DNA of 64,000 nt from Mizuhopecten yessoensis (Eukaryota): contig NW_018408922.1 of the NCBI RefSeq assembly GCF_002113885.1, positions 1,175,144-1,239,143 of the forward strand. Direction: 5' to 3'. Below the pieces are notes generated by a model. It searched no databases, was not told where the DNA came from, and saw only the letters and a list, made by a program, of their open reading frames with translations. Shown piece after piece: positions 37,425 to 49,544 of this stretch. Within the stretch, counting starts at the first letter, position 1. Each line of letters begins with the position of its first letter. The position numbers and the translations under genes are program-made.

Positions 37425-38979
37425 ATTGAACATTGCGTAAGCTACTTCATATCATATCTTTTTTACTTTCACCTCACTGCCAAACTTTATGTTAAACGAG
37501 GTGACATTTTACACACTATATGTTCATTGTCTTCCTCGCTACTCTAAGAGACAGTTGCAAGTATCATGATTTTCCCGTAGCCAGGGTTTTCTACTAGAAA
37601 AGACTTCAATATACGGTTAGGAAAGTTTATGCTCGTAATCGTTACTAGGTTTCCAATTTTGTATGATAGTATTAAATACTAATAAAATCCATCATTTCAG
37701 TGTAATGTATTCAGACAAAAAATGCAGCCGATTAAGATATTTATTTTAGATTGAGCACGGGGTTTTGCCAAGTACTTGACTTCAAATAACTTATCCCGTT
37801 GGTCACAGAAATGATAGATATTTTCCCCCTATTTCTTCCTACGGTAAAACTAATTGGAAAAAGTAACCTCAATATACTTCGCCGTTATCAAGGGCACATA
37901 AAATGTTTGACAAAATTGATGACGCTACCCTGGTTATGCTGCATAAAGTGATAACGCGATCGTGACATTCTCAGAATGATAGCGCGCGTGTGTGTTCTAT
38001 TTTCCTAGGTAGGGCCTGTGAAGACATGTTTATATTTGCTGTAGCAAAAATAGGATGCAACTGGGAAATGTGGTCGAATGTGTCTTATATCTTATAAAAC
38101 AATGGTTCCTTGACTGAACATGACACGTGCCACGCAGCTCAAGAAACCCTTACCGTTTGGGAACCCTGTCTCCGTTTTTGTGGGACACGTGATGTTTCAC
38201 GTTCTGTTTTGATGTGCTTTATCAATTTTGAATTATTAGACTATTCCGCCATATCAATGATACATATATACAATATCCTTATTTATCAAATGATTTCATT
38301 GTTCAGTTTACCGTAAGGACCATAAGACCAGGAAGTAATGGATGATAATGTGTTTAAGGTACCTGAGAAATGCCGATGAACACCTCGTATTTTCAGATAA
38401 GTGTATAAGTGTACATCGGAAAATTAGCCAGTAAGAATCAGTTATCATCAAGAGCAACACTACTTTAAAGTGCGCGAAAAGAAACACGAGAATGGGAGAT
38501 GTACATAATTTTGATTACATGCAGTGTTAAAAATGTAAACACGTTATAGACGGGTGATCACGCAAATGAATGGATCGGAGACCCTATCAGTCGTAATAAT
38601 GACACCCCTCAGTGCTGCATGAATCTATTAGTTTTGATAATTTACATAATTTAGAACGGTTTTGTGACCAGAAATTAATTTATCATTATTTATTACATTT
38701 TTTAGATATCACGCCTAGATAATAAACCCATTTGCACGTATACAGTCAATTGGTTAACTGTTTGTTGAACATTAAGTTAGCATAATGATAAGTTGTTGAC
38801 GGGCACTGGGTTGTAAAATCAAAATGACAGATAATGTTCCCATTATAACTGTTATTTAATCAGTTTATTTAAAGATAACTTAACAGAAAGCACAATGCTG
38901 TTAAGGAGATGAAATATATTCAAAAATATATTTTCTGGAACGAATAATTTTAGAAATTTTGACATTAAATATAAACTAT

Positions 38980-39208
38980 ATTTATTTAACAACAATTATG
39001 AAACAAGTTATTTCAACTTATATTAATAACTCTTGATAGCTCGGATATTAGCATGTTGGGGGTATTAATGTGGGAGAAAACCGGAGTACCCGGAGAAAAC
39101 CCATGGTATGGCAGGTTAACCATACCTTTTCAGGTCCAATGGGGGAGTCAAACCCAGTCGCCTTGGTGAAAGGCGAATACGTTATCCGCTGCGCAACCCG
39201 ACCACCCA
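38980..39208 (-). mobile_element. V-domain SINE, copy 3
   Basis: GGGAGAAAACCGGAGTACCCGGAGAAAACCC. Reverse tRNA-like head CCGCTGCGCAACCCGACCACCCC. Confidence 0.85.
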
Positions 39209-39387
39209 CTAATTTGCTTTATAACTTATGCAAGCAAAATTGAATGTTAACAAGAATGGTCCCGAATCTTTGTACATGTGTAATATATGACCTTAGTGGT
39301 TTTGTGAGAGTTCTTGATATCCTTCAAATTTGCTCCCTTTTTAAATTGTTTTTCTTATATTTTATGTCTCCTTTTTCCCTCTGTTGT

Positions 39388-39646
39388 GGGCCCGTAATCA
39401 TGAAAGCATTCTCATGTCAAGCGTGGATTCTGTACTCCATCTAACTGTCATATACTTTGTGAAATGGTAAGAAAGTCAAGTATGGACATTGAAAATGGTA
39501 CTTGGTTTTAATCCCTCCTAACTTCTCCTAAATCATAGGCTTAATGTGATTTTTTTTTTTTTTATTAATTCACCACCTGAAAAAGAAACGGGGCTTTCAG
39601 CACATGACGTGATTTTGATCATGAGAAGGCTTCACGAATACGGCCT
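39388..39646. mobile_element. Older copy of the GGGCCCGTATTCATGAAA MITE family
   Basis: GGGCCCGTAATCATGAAAGCATTCTCATG / CATGAGAAGGCTTCACGAATACGGCC. Confidence 0.7.
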
Positions 39647-40094
39647 CCGTTGCTTACCTTATCTATTTATTTATTTATTTCAATCCAAGGCCCACTTACA
39701 TGTTGATAACAAAAACAACAGTTCAAAATAAATTACAAACTACAATAACACAGACAAAATGTAAAATTATCAAACAATACATACATGATACTTAAAGTAC
39801 AAACAGACTTATGTGTAATGAATTGAAAACAAATCTGTTTCGTTTCTGCTTGAAACGTTTTGAGTGATTCGCTAAAAAGACTATAGGGCTGCACATTGAG
39901 GAAGCTAGAATTATCTGTTGATGCTATGATGTTTTCTTTTCATTTTGCTTCTGCATAATATATGTATATATGTTGTCAATGTGTGAGTGACAATTGCGTT
40001 TTTTTTAATTCTAAATTTGTTCACTTAAAAAATACTGAATCTCAGTACAGCTATAACAAAAACTATATGGTATCATTTTAAATATCTTTCATTT

Positions 40095-40303
40095 GGGGTG
40101 GTCGGGTGGCGCAGAGTATAGCGGCCGGGCTTCGATTCCCTTATCGGACTTGAAAAGGTATGGTCACACACGTCGGTTTTCTCCGGGTACTCCGGCTCCG
40201 GTTTCCTCCCACAGTTAGGACCCCCGCCCCTGCGCGTTTACGTCCGGGCCAACAAGTGTAATAAGTTGTAAAAACTTGTTTAATTATTGTTGTAAAATAA
40301 ATA
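40095..40303 (+). mobile_element. V-domain SINE, copy 4 (internally deleted head)
   Basis: A-box-like GGTGGCGCAG, B-box-like TTCGATTCCC, V core GGTTTTCTCCGGGTACTCCGG..TTTCCTCCCACA, and tail AAGTTGTAAAAACTT...AAATAAATA. Confidence 0.85.
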
Positions 40304-41187
40304 GTTTATATATCATTCACATCCAGACACGAAATGAATACCTACGAATGTAGACAGGGTATGTTTGAACGGTTGTTTTTTATATGAAGCAGTAGTGGGC
40401 ATAAAATTATAGTGATTAAATTGTCAGAAACAACAGGGGGAGGGGGAGTGGGTATACTATTTACTGTTTATCTATAAAAATAAAACGTCAAATATATATG
40501 TATAGGAAACAATGGCCAGTGTACAATCAGGTTATTGTAAGTAACGGTCACTTCTACCATTCTTTGTGGTCACTACAATTACCATTTACCATAAAGAACA
40601 ATCGATGATCTGTGTTGAAAATAAAATCAACGGATTAGAAAAGTATATCAGCATCAAATATCAAAAATAAGTTTGATAAATATCATACAATCATATACTT
40701 CAGTTGAGATGTATGCATGGTTTATAGCTCAAACTACTGTAGTTCCGTAAATAATAAATTGAGCGAAATTTAAGTCCATGATTTGGTTTAATTATATTTC
40801 ACGATACATTTAACACTCTCATACCCTCGTGTCATATTCGAAATAAACAACATACACTCTGAAATAAACAATAGCTTACTTCATTAGGGTGTGGACCATT
40901 ATTTCTATTCCCGGTTATGACACGTAATTGCTTCTATTCTTAGAATGGGGGTTGTAAGTGATTTAATAGCTGCAAATAGAGCTACAATGCAATACTGTAT
41001 TGTTTTTGAATGTGCCGACTTTTAAATAAAACTTTGAATTGAAGTGAATAAAATTGAATGAAACTTTACAGTTCAAGGTAAAGTTCAAATATGTTTCAGT
41101 GTCACACTTTAGAGGTCATATAGAGATATTTAAAATACGCGTAATAATATATCCGCAAATATTTAGTCACGTCCGTCTGAAGTACAT

Positions 41188-41645
41188 TTAAGGATTGACC
41201 TTCATTTTGACTGCGTATACGGTAGTATGAACGCAGTTGGCAACGCACATATTCTATGGAGTTGGCAACGAACATATTCTTTATGGAGCGCTTACGCGCT
41301 CCATAGAATATGTGCGTTGCCAACTGCGTTCATACTACCGTATACGCAGTCAAACTGAAGATCAATTCTTATATTTACATATTTTCCTACTATGATGGTA
41401 CACACAGAATAAAGCTACAATACATTTGCTTTTATAATATAAAGCCTCCGTTACGTGCGTAAATCCAAACAAATGAACAGCCTACAGCCTGCGAGCAGCG
41501 ATCGATCTCCAACGTTACCATTATGACGTCACAATGTAAATTACGTCATCAATAGGAAGCAATGGTCTCCAAGGAATCTCACTGCGTATACGGAAATGTA
41601 TACACAGTCACGGTTTACACAGCTTCAATGGGGGCGAATGTAAAT
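41188..41645. mobile_element. Crypton-like non-autonomous element with long perfect hairpin
   Basis: 41206-41261 is the exact reverse complement of 41299-41354 (56 bp). A third CTGCGTATACGG copy lies near 41582. Confidence 0.7.
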
Positions 41646-41909
41646 ATTCTTTAGTATGAATTACAAATGTGTGAGACATTATTCGTGTACACGTTAAAAT
41701 GACCATTTACCGTTTTATATTGATATGACCATCGGGCGCCTAGCTGCCATATACATGTAAGCAAAAAGCAGTTTGATGCACATCGAAAATTCTCAGATGT
41801 ATATTTCATTTTTATTTATTTCGTGCCCGGTTGGCCGAATGTAAAATGTAAAAAAAAAACATAGTTAATTTGGCTGTTCTTGTACTTTATAATAAACAAT
41901 AGATTCACA

Positions 41910-42045
41910 AGGGGCCGCGGTACCCGTAGGTTGGTGGTTTTTCTCCGGGTACTCCGGCTTTCCCTTCACCACCAAAACCTGGCACGTCCTTAAAAGACCA
42001 TAGCTGTTTATAATAGGACGTAAAAAACAAACAAACCAAACCGAA
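41910..42045 (+). mobile_element. 5'-truncated V-domain SINE with a different 3' tail
   Basis: GGTTTTTCTCCGGGTACTCCGGCTTTCCCTTCACC followed by GCTGTTTATAATAGGACGTAAAAAACAAACAAAC. Confidence 0.7.
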
Positions 42046-42914
42046 CCGAATTGCGTATCCTCAAATATTGTTCCCCGGGCAATCGAACGAGGGGAAGGTG
42101 TGTAGGGTGGGTGTATGCACATGGTTAACAGTCAAGCTACAGAGTACGCGATATGAAATGTTTAAAATGTCTTTAAAATACATTATTTGTAAACAAGGGT
42201 AAGTCTATATTTACGTTTGTTATTAGTCTATTAAGGCTTGTAGCTCGCTCACACGACGACTCTCCTCCAATCATACTTGTAACACTAGCCATGTAACAGA
42301 TTAAAAGACTCGAAACTGAAATCGTCATAATCTATATTTCTGAGTAACGATCTGTGACACTTAACTATGTCTATTCTTAGAAAGGGATTTGAAAGGGATT
42401 AGAATATATACTTGTAACAGGACTCATGACAGGGAATTCTTAACAGACATGTACTGTAATACAGGTGTGTAGTAAATATATCTATATTATAAATAAGTGT
42501 CCGTGACTGTTTAAATGTAGACAAGGTGATTAAAAAAAAAAACATTTTATTAAAAAGCTAAATTGAGGACAGATGCAAGATATGTTAATAAAGATTTAAG
42601 TGTTCTTTCAGTAACATATTATCCAATTATTATTAGATTGAAACCGCCGCGGGGAACATAGCTTTTATCAGCATACCATTGCTATTTAAATCTGTTTAAC
42701 ATGTTAGATTCCATCTAAAAAATTTCATCTTATCAATCAAAATCTCTCTATTTATGTATTAAATGAAAAAAATAGAGACGTCTGATTACTAAATTAAGTA
42801 AACATGTCTGCAATGCAGTGATATACATATTTATTAAATATCGTAAAAAATATGTGTGCGATGCGGTATTAAACTCATAAACATTTGTTTATTAGTTAAA
42901 TCCATATGTCTGTA

Positions 42915-43830
42915 GTTTAAGCATATTTTATTGTACAAATATACAAATGGATCGGACAACAAGTTATTACAACTTAATAGAGTCCTCTCCTCGATACATA
43001 AGGTAAAATTAGTGTATATGCTTTTGGGAAAAGGGAAAAAGATATGGTGGAGAAGGAAAGATGGGGTGGGAGGGGTTGGGGAGACGGAGGGGAGGGGCGT
43101 CACCTAGAAAAGTAAACGTGTAAACTGAGAAATCGATCCGCATTTGAATAAATAATAAACTATACAAATTGCATGACATGCATCCTGGTAGAGTAATTTC
43201 AAAATGAACAGACTCAATGTAACAAATAAATCAGGCAAAATAATGACATACAATTTCATAAACACATATAACAACTTACACATAAATAAAAATAGAAAAG
43301 TAATTATAACTATCAAAACCTATTGCCGGATTTGATGAAATGATGCACATGTCTAAAGATACTTATGTTGTTTTCTACCGAAAGTTGACTATTACCAAAC
43401 AAAAGTAGTTCTGAATTAAAATCAACATGCAAGGCATTCAAATTTTGGAGCAGGGTATGTCTTTCGTTGTTAAAAAGTAAGCACTCACAAAAAAAAGTAA
43501 AAGGCATTTTCACAGGGATGGCCACAATAACAAACTGGAAGTTTAGTGTGCAAAGTGTTCAATTTACGTTCACCGAAACCTAAGTAGATTGGTGGAGGAG
43601 ATTGAACATTTGAAGTTAACGAGTTTATAAAAGAAGGTAATGAGGTCAATGATCGTACTGAAAGGTCCAATGAATTCCAACCGCGAAGAGTTGAAAATAT
43701 AAAAGATGAATTTGTTAGAGAAAGCCTGAAAGGACGAATTCTATAATCATCATTGTTTCTAGGGGTGTAATGGTTATTTTTTGCAACGGAAGATGGCAAT
43801 AGAGAATTTATATAGTCTGGAGTTTATTTG
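42915..43830 (-). mobile_element. 5'-truncated decayed CR1-clade LINE (3' end)
   Basis: Fragments FRLSLTNSSF..STLRGWNSL, GERKLNTLHTKL, CYCGHPCENAFYFF and LLLFGN..FIKSGNRF are homologous to the 56-kb LINE. Same 3' stem-loop tail. Confidence 0.85.
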
Positions 43831-44987
43831 TTGTGCATTTTATACAAAAGTTAGAGTTTTCTGCGTTTTCTTCTACATGTATATGTCTGCAATAGGCTCA
43901 TCAAGTAAAAATAAAGTTCATGACATAAATAATTTATATGCTAAAAAAAAAAAGTTTCTTCATTACCTAAATACGTGTCTGCAATAAGGATATATATTTA
44001 TAAACTTATGTTTCTTGCATGTTACATGTGTTAATGTGTGTTTTACCGAATATTCAAAAGTACATGTAATCACGGAAGTCATTTTGATTTCTTTATCGTG
44101 ACTTTCATAAAGGAATTTTGAAATATTTAATTTTCATTATTGAAACATGTAGTTCCGTTTGTCATTGAAGTTAATGATGTATGTTCACTAATTTGATAAA
44201 AAAAATTAAATACATGTTCAGGTAAATTGAATAATTTATTCACATAAGAAACGAATTCATAACGCTAAATGAAAAAGTTACATCTATAAAGCACTTTTGG
44301 GTATATTAAAAGCAAATTTATATCTTATAACATTGTATCCTGATTTTAAGCGGTTATGGACAAATTCAAGGCATAATACACTACACATTGATTTTCCTTA
44401 CGCGTTTGAAATAATTCCCATCACAAGTACAATGTAACAGGCTGTCAGCATCACACTTCATAGACGAATAAAAAGCAATGCGAGGAAAGTCTAAATCATC
44501 ATCCAGCTTTTAGAATAAAATTATAGCGAACTTGTATGACATCCGAGTCACGCATTTCATCCGCAGGTCGACAGTTGCGTAGTGAGTTCCTTTTATCTGG
44601 CATGTATCTGTTTTAATAAGTTACACCAATGTGTTATGAGTTATGATGTTACCGTTGAATTACACATCTTTCTGTAAGCACACTTCAACACAACATTTTT
44701 TCTTTATAAAAGAGAAATTTGACTTGTAAATCTATCATTGCACATTGGAGAATATTGCACACAATTTGAACAGGGGACGCCATTTCACTGAAAGTTTTCA
44801 CAATAATGTTCCACAGAAAAAAATATCCATCCAAATACATAGTTAAAAAGATTTCAAAAACTCTCCATAACGACAGGTAATCAATTATACCGATTTCCGA
44901 ATAATCCTGTTTAAGTGTGGTTGAAATACGTTGTCTATTAAGAACACAAACTTCCGTTTATAAAACATCACACAGAACAAACTCGAT

Positions 44988-45644
44988 TTACAACATAGCG
45001 GTTTTGGGTCGTTTTTTAACGAAGGGTCCGGATGTGTGTTGGTGCACGCGAGGCCTTGCAACTGTCGTCACCGGTCTGTGCATGACGTCAATCTTTGGTT
45101 TCTGCACGTGAAACAGATTTGGCTTGACTATCCAGTGACGAGAGCCTTTTTGTGACCTGAGATTGTCCAGTGCTATGTGATGACTTCTCACGGCCTCCAT
45201 CCGCCTACTGGTCTGATACGGAAGGAGCACACGTCGGCCCTTTTTGGCCTCGCTATTAGGGTAACATATAGCTTCCGTTCCCACCACGTCTATCACGGGG
45301 GCCACTTTAATTCTCTCCGCCTGAAGTTTCGCTTTGCCTCCGATGGACGTAGGTTTCGTGGCAAAAAGTTTAGCGTCGATTTTGACTTCCCCGAGACTGA
45401 TGGTGTTAGTGTCGGGGGTGTCATCCGTGTTGTTGTCGTCTGCTGAGGGTTGGTACCGAGGTGTCCGGACATTTATCTGGACCAATTCGTCCAGAAGGTT
45501 GTACTTTTCTTGCCACATCTTTGTAATCGCCTTACGCTGCTGAGTTTCTAGTCTCACCTCCTTTTCTCGAAGTCTGTACTCATTACGACGGTTAGAAAAC
45601 ATGGCGTTGAAGTATTTCATTTTTGAAACTGTTGCCGTCGTCAT
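44988..45644 (-). CDS. Intronless 218-aa basic protein with N-terminal coiled coil (CCDC190-like motif)
   Basis: Clean ORF with CAAAATGA start context. Shares a gapless 45-aa motif with the 29035 protein. RPVT and RPKTA motifs. Candidate 5'UTR intron 46067-46360 on the minus strand (GG|GTAAGC ... TTTCAG|). Confidence 0.8.
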   Translation of the reverse strand: MTTATVSKMKYFNAMFSNRRNEYRLREKEVRLETQQRKAITKMWQEKYNLLDELVQINVRTPRYQPSADDNNTDDTPDTNTISLGEVKIDAKLFATKPTSIGGKAKLQAERIKVAPVIDVVGTEAICYPNSEAKKGRRVLLPYQTSRRMEAVRSHHIALDNLRSQKGSRHWIVKPNLFHVQKPKIDVMHRPVTTVARPRVHQHTSGPFVKKRPKTAML

Positions 45645-47359
45645 TTTGACTCTTCACAAAATGTTGTTAAACTTGTTTTCCCGCAATGTTTACTGTGTCA
45701 TATCATCGATATATTTTGGAATATAATAATAATATTTCTTTTCATTATAACTTATGTCCGCGTTGCCGGATGTTCCGGTTTCATCATATATAATGAGACA
45801 GCGTTTTCACTTCATCCTTTGACAAAAATATTGAGTATATGTGTTTGGTTATTTGATGGCCGGATTTATGAAAAAAACAGGATGTCGTTTAGATTTCTGC
45901 TTATGAAATATAAAACACGCTCGATCTGGTCTCTGTTGTCGAATCCACGATATGAAGAAATAATATCCAGCCTCTACCCGAAGAATAATTCTGAACAGTT
46001 GACGATCACATTCGTAAATTGATTTTTACATAAGATGTTAAATAAATAAAAAAACGAAGTGTCGTCCTGAAATCAGTACGAAAGACGCCCAAAGTAGTCC
46101 GATATTTACACCGAACATGCGTAGACATCATCCGTTATGAAAACAAACAGTATTACTGTAAGTACATCGTTCACTTCATCCACACAATTCTCAACAGGAC
46201 TAGTTTATATATTTGTTTTTCATTACGATCTCTTATCAAATAATAAATCCGTATTTAAACAAACACGACTTAAATCGCAGTCTGGTTTTACCTGTTGACT
46301 GGCCGTCCGTTTTGGGCAATAAAACATGGTTTGGTCGAGAACGTCATTTGTACAGCTTACCCTGTTCGTCACTGCCCAAGCGCAAAATCTCGATTATAAT
46401 CCTCTTACGGGTCGAGAAACAACGTGCTGCTTGGTTGGCTCCCTAGGGGTGACAAGTCCCTAAACTTAGCTACTTATAGGTATATACAGTAGCCCTAATG
46501 ATACACCTGTAATTAGTAAGATTATCCAACACCAAGGTATACAGGTGTAAGTAGGACAAGTGTAAACTGATACTCGCGATCGGTTCGTTAGACTGTATCG
46601 AATGGGTTTTAAAAGCGGAAGAAAAGGGTTTTATATTATAAATATACCGAATATTTTCGCTCATTGTGCGATCTTGTGTTATGGCTAGGTATTTAACTAT
46701 TTAGTCTAATATACACTTACTGTAACAGAATAACTTAAAGAACGAATTATTATATATACACTTTGGGTGCGTGTCATTTTAATTTAGAAAAAAGGGCGTT
46801 TTAATTTCGCTCAAAACTGAATAGAGATTTACCCTGTAATAATGAAAGGTTATATCTAAAAACTCATTAACTTTTCATATCTCCAACTAGATATCGCTGC
46901 TCCTTGTTCAGGTAGTGGACTATGGTTCTGTGTGCAGACGTCTCACACCTTCGTACCAGCGTCTCTTAGCGGTATTTATTTAATGGGTTAGGATATGGGT
47001 ATGATTGATTGTTATCAATATCGATTTGATCAATCAAGGGGATTCGATGACATTTTAACCCTCTCAGTATGGGTCCTGCATCAATCATTATCAAAGTAAA
47101 TATGTACTGCACATCCTGTATTTACTATGCACACATGTAGGTTATGTAAATTACAGAAGTACTTATAAGCATTGCATAATGTCATATAACTACATCTCGC
47201 GAGAAAAATGTTCTTAAGTTAGCTTTGAGCGAATAGTTTATCGCAAATAGAACAAACAGTTTAAACATATGCATATAAAACACAGTAAAACATATGTAAA
47301 CTTTGTTCAAATGCTTCATGCATATTTACATATGATGTACTTTAACTGTGCCAAGTATC

Positions 47360-47585
47360 AAACGCGCGTACAAGGTTACTGGAGCAGAAAATTCCAAGGG
47401 TCATAACTCTAGAAAACTTCCATCAAGCACATCTCCATACGATGTACTTTCACTGTGTAAAGTTACAAAAATAATCCAACACACGGTTTAGGAGGAGTTT
47501 CGCTTTTTGTACAAGGACTATGGTTAGACGGACGGACAGGCGATACATATATACCTCCCACACTTTGTTTGCGGGGGTTTAACAA
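47360..47585 (+). mobile_element. Short HINE/Helentron element
   Basis: CAAGGGTCATAACTCT monomer, GACGGACGGACAGG, terminal palindrome CCTCCCACAC..TTTGCGGGGG. Confidence 0.65.
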
Positions 47586-48699
47586 ATCGATTTAAACGCC
47601 ATAAAACAAGTATGTACCTGCAGGGTTATATCATTCAAACTCTATATCTATGTTTAAGTGATTCATTTTAATGGCATATCGATATGAATACAAATAACTT
47701 GTATGCATAAAATCTGCCCTAGCATGACTCAAGGAAAATAAAATATGCATATTATATGTAGCTGTATTAGCGTCCTTGTCACTATTCAAATAACAAAAAA
47801 AACATTAGAATCCATAAACGATGTATTTTATACCCTAAAACGTTAAATATTGGTTCTTTGATTTGAGATAGTCTCTTTTAAATTCCAACTGTGACTCCTC
47901 CGCTTTTGTGGTTGATTAACAATGCATCCAGCTGGTTTCTGACTAAAACGGATATGACACAATTCAGTGAATTAGAATAGAATATGAATAAATAGATAAG
48001 CTCATTACATTATTATAAATACACACAGTATTTCCAAACAGTACATTGCCTTGGCATTGTCGGTGTTTGTCATGCAAGGCAAAAATTTGCAATATATCAA
48101 ACATTTTGATGACGTTCTATATTCTGTTATCGGAAAAGGGCAAAAGTCCTGAACGTTAAGCACTGGTCGACAATGTTAATAGTATCAATACTAAAAGGAC
48201 CACTCTGAGTGCAATGAAAGTAGTAGGTATTTTGCGTTCAACACATACAGTATTTTAGTGCTGGTCGAAAAAAGAAAAAGAAATCGACACAGATGTCATA
48301 ACGAGGAGGACTTTCTCTCGAGACGACACGGGATGAAGCTATACCAAAAATCATATCAAAACAAATATCATCAAGTGTAATGTATTGCAAAGATCTTGAA
48401 CATATCATTCAAAGTAACACTTCAGACCGCTATTCAGCTAACACAGTCCGTAAGAACTGCAACACAGATTTAGACAGAAACGCCCACGCCAGCTTCAATT
48501 TGCCAAAAAAATAGGAAATCGCCAAAAATGTAATAAACACAAACCAAATTACCCTTACTTTTTAATACTTCACCAAAGCGTTGGACAAATACCCCCACTC
48601 CATTATTCCGTGAACGTAGTTATCAGTCAATTCGTGGTAGCCAGCTTACATACATGTAGATCTAAACAGTAGAACAAGTAAATACTCGTAGAAGTCACC

Positions 48700-48870
48700 A
48701 ATTCGTGTTCATTTTTAGTGAAATCTGGAGTGCCCAAAGGAACCGTCATTGGTCCACTTCCTTTTTTGTCCATGTTTATGAATGATTGGCAAAAGGAGGC
48801 AGTTACATCCAATGTCTGTCTGTTCACAGATGGCGCCCTGCTGACACCAAAGTAGACCAACCTTGATGAC
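48700..48870 (+). mobile_element. Small decayed LINE RT fragment
   Basis: Translates to SGVPKGTVIGPL and VTSNVCLFTDG, corresponding to the GVPQG and FADD regions. Confidence 0.6.
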
Positions 48871-48929
48871 CTTAGCAGCCCGCACCCCCTGGACACCCAA
48901 GAGGCCAGTACATACACGTGCCTTGGAGA

Positions 48930-49147
48930 TACATGTACTTACAAGAGATATTTCGCAATATGTAAATCCTCTCCATAAGTTTTGCAGCACACACACCAAA
49001 TCTCAAAAGACTGTCGAAAATGGCTACTTCTTACGGTTACAAGGTTATGTAAACAGACGACGGAGGGATGAAAGGGGCGGACAGACAGACAGACAGACAG
49101 CGTAATTATACCATACAAACTTCTTACTTTTTGTGGATGAATAATAA
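48930..49147 (+). mobile_element. HINE 3' fragment with (CAGA)n
   Basis: ACAGACAGACAGACAGACAG followed by a degenerate terminal palindrome and ATAATAA. Confidence 0.5.
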
Positions 49148-49544
49148 TCTGATTTTTGACAAAAAACGGTTCAAAAACATATATATGTGCAGAAAAAAAC
49201 CGATAACAAAATTGTAATCCTCGGTCGATAAATATTTGTTCTCCGGTTAGGAGAACACTGTCTAAAGAGCGTTTGATACACAGCCGTTTACTATGTTATC
49301 TGAAGCGCACTGTCAAACACCACATTGAAAAATATAAAATGGCGACATATTTAAACCCATCACAATACCAGCCGGTTATATTGCGCTGTGAAAATTCTAC
49401 CCAGAGGTTGTGTTGCTTTGATGAAATGTGGCGGGAATTAAGACGAGCATGAACAAGGTCGGGTGCCTCACGATTGACATAGATGTTTGACGAGTTGTTC
49501 ATCATATGCTCGTCCGTATAATGTCGGGCCTGTGACACCTGGTA

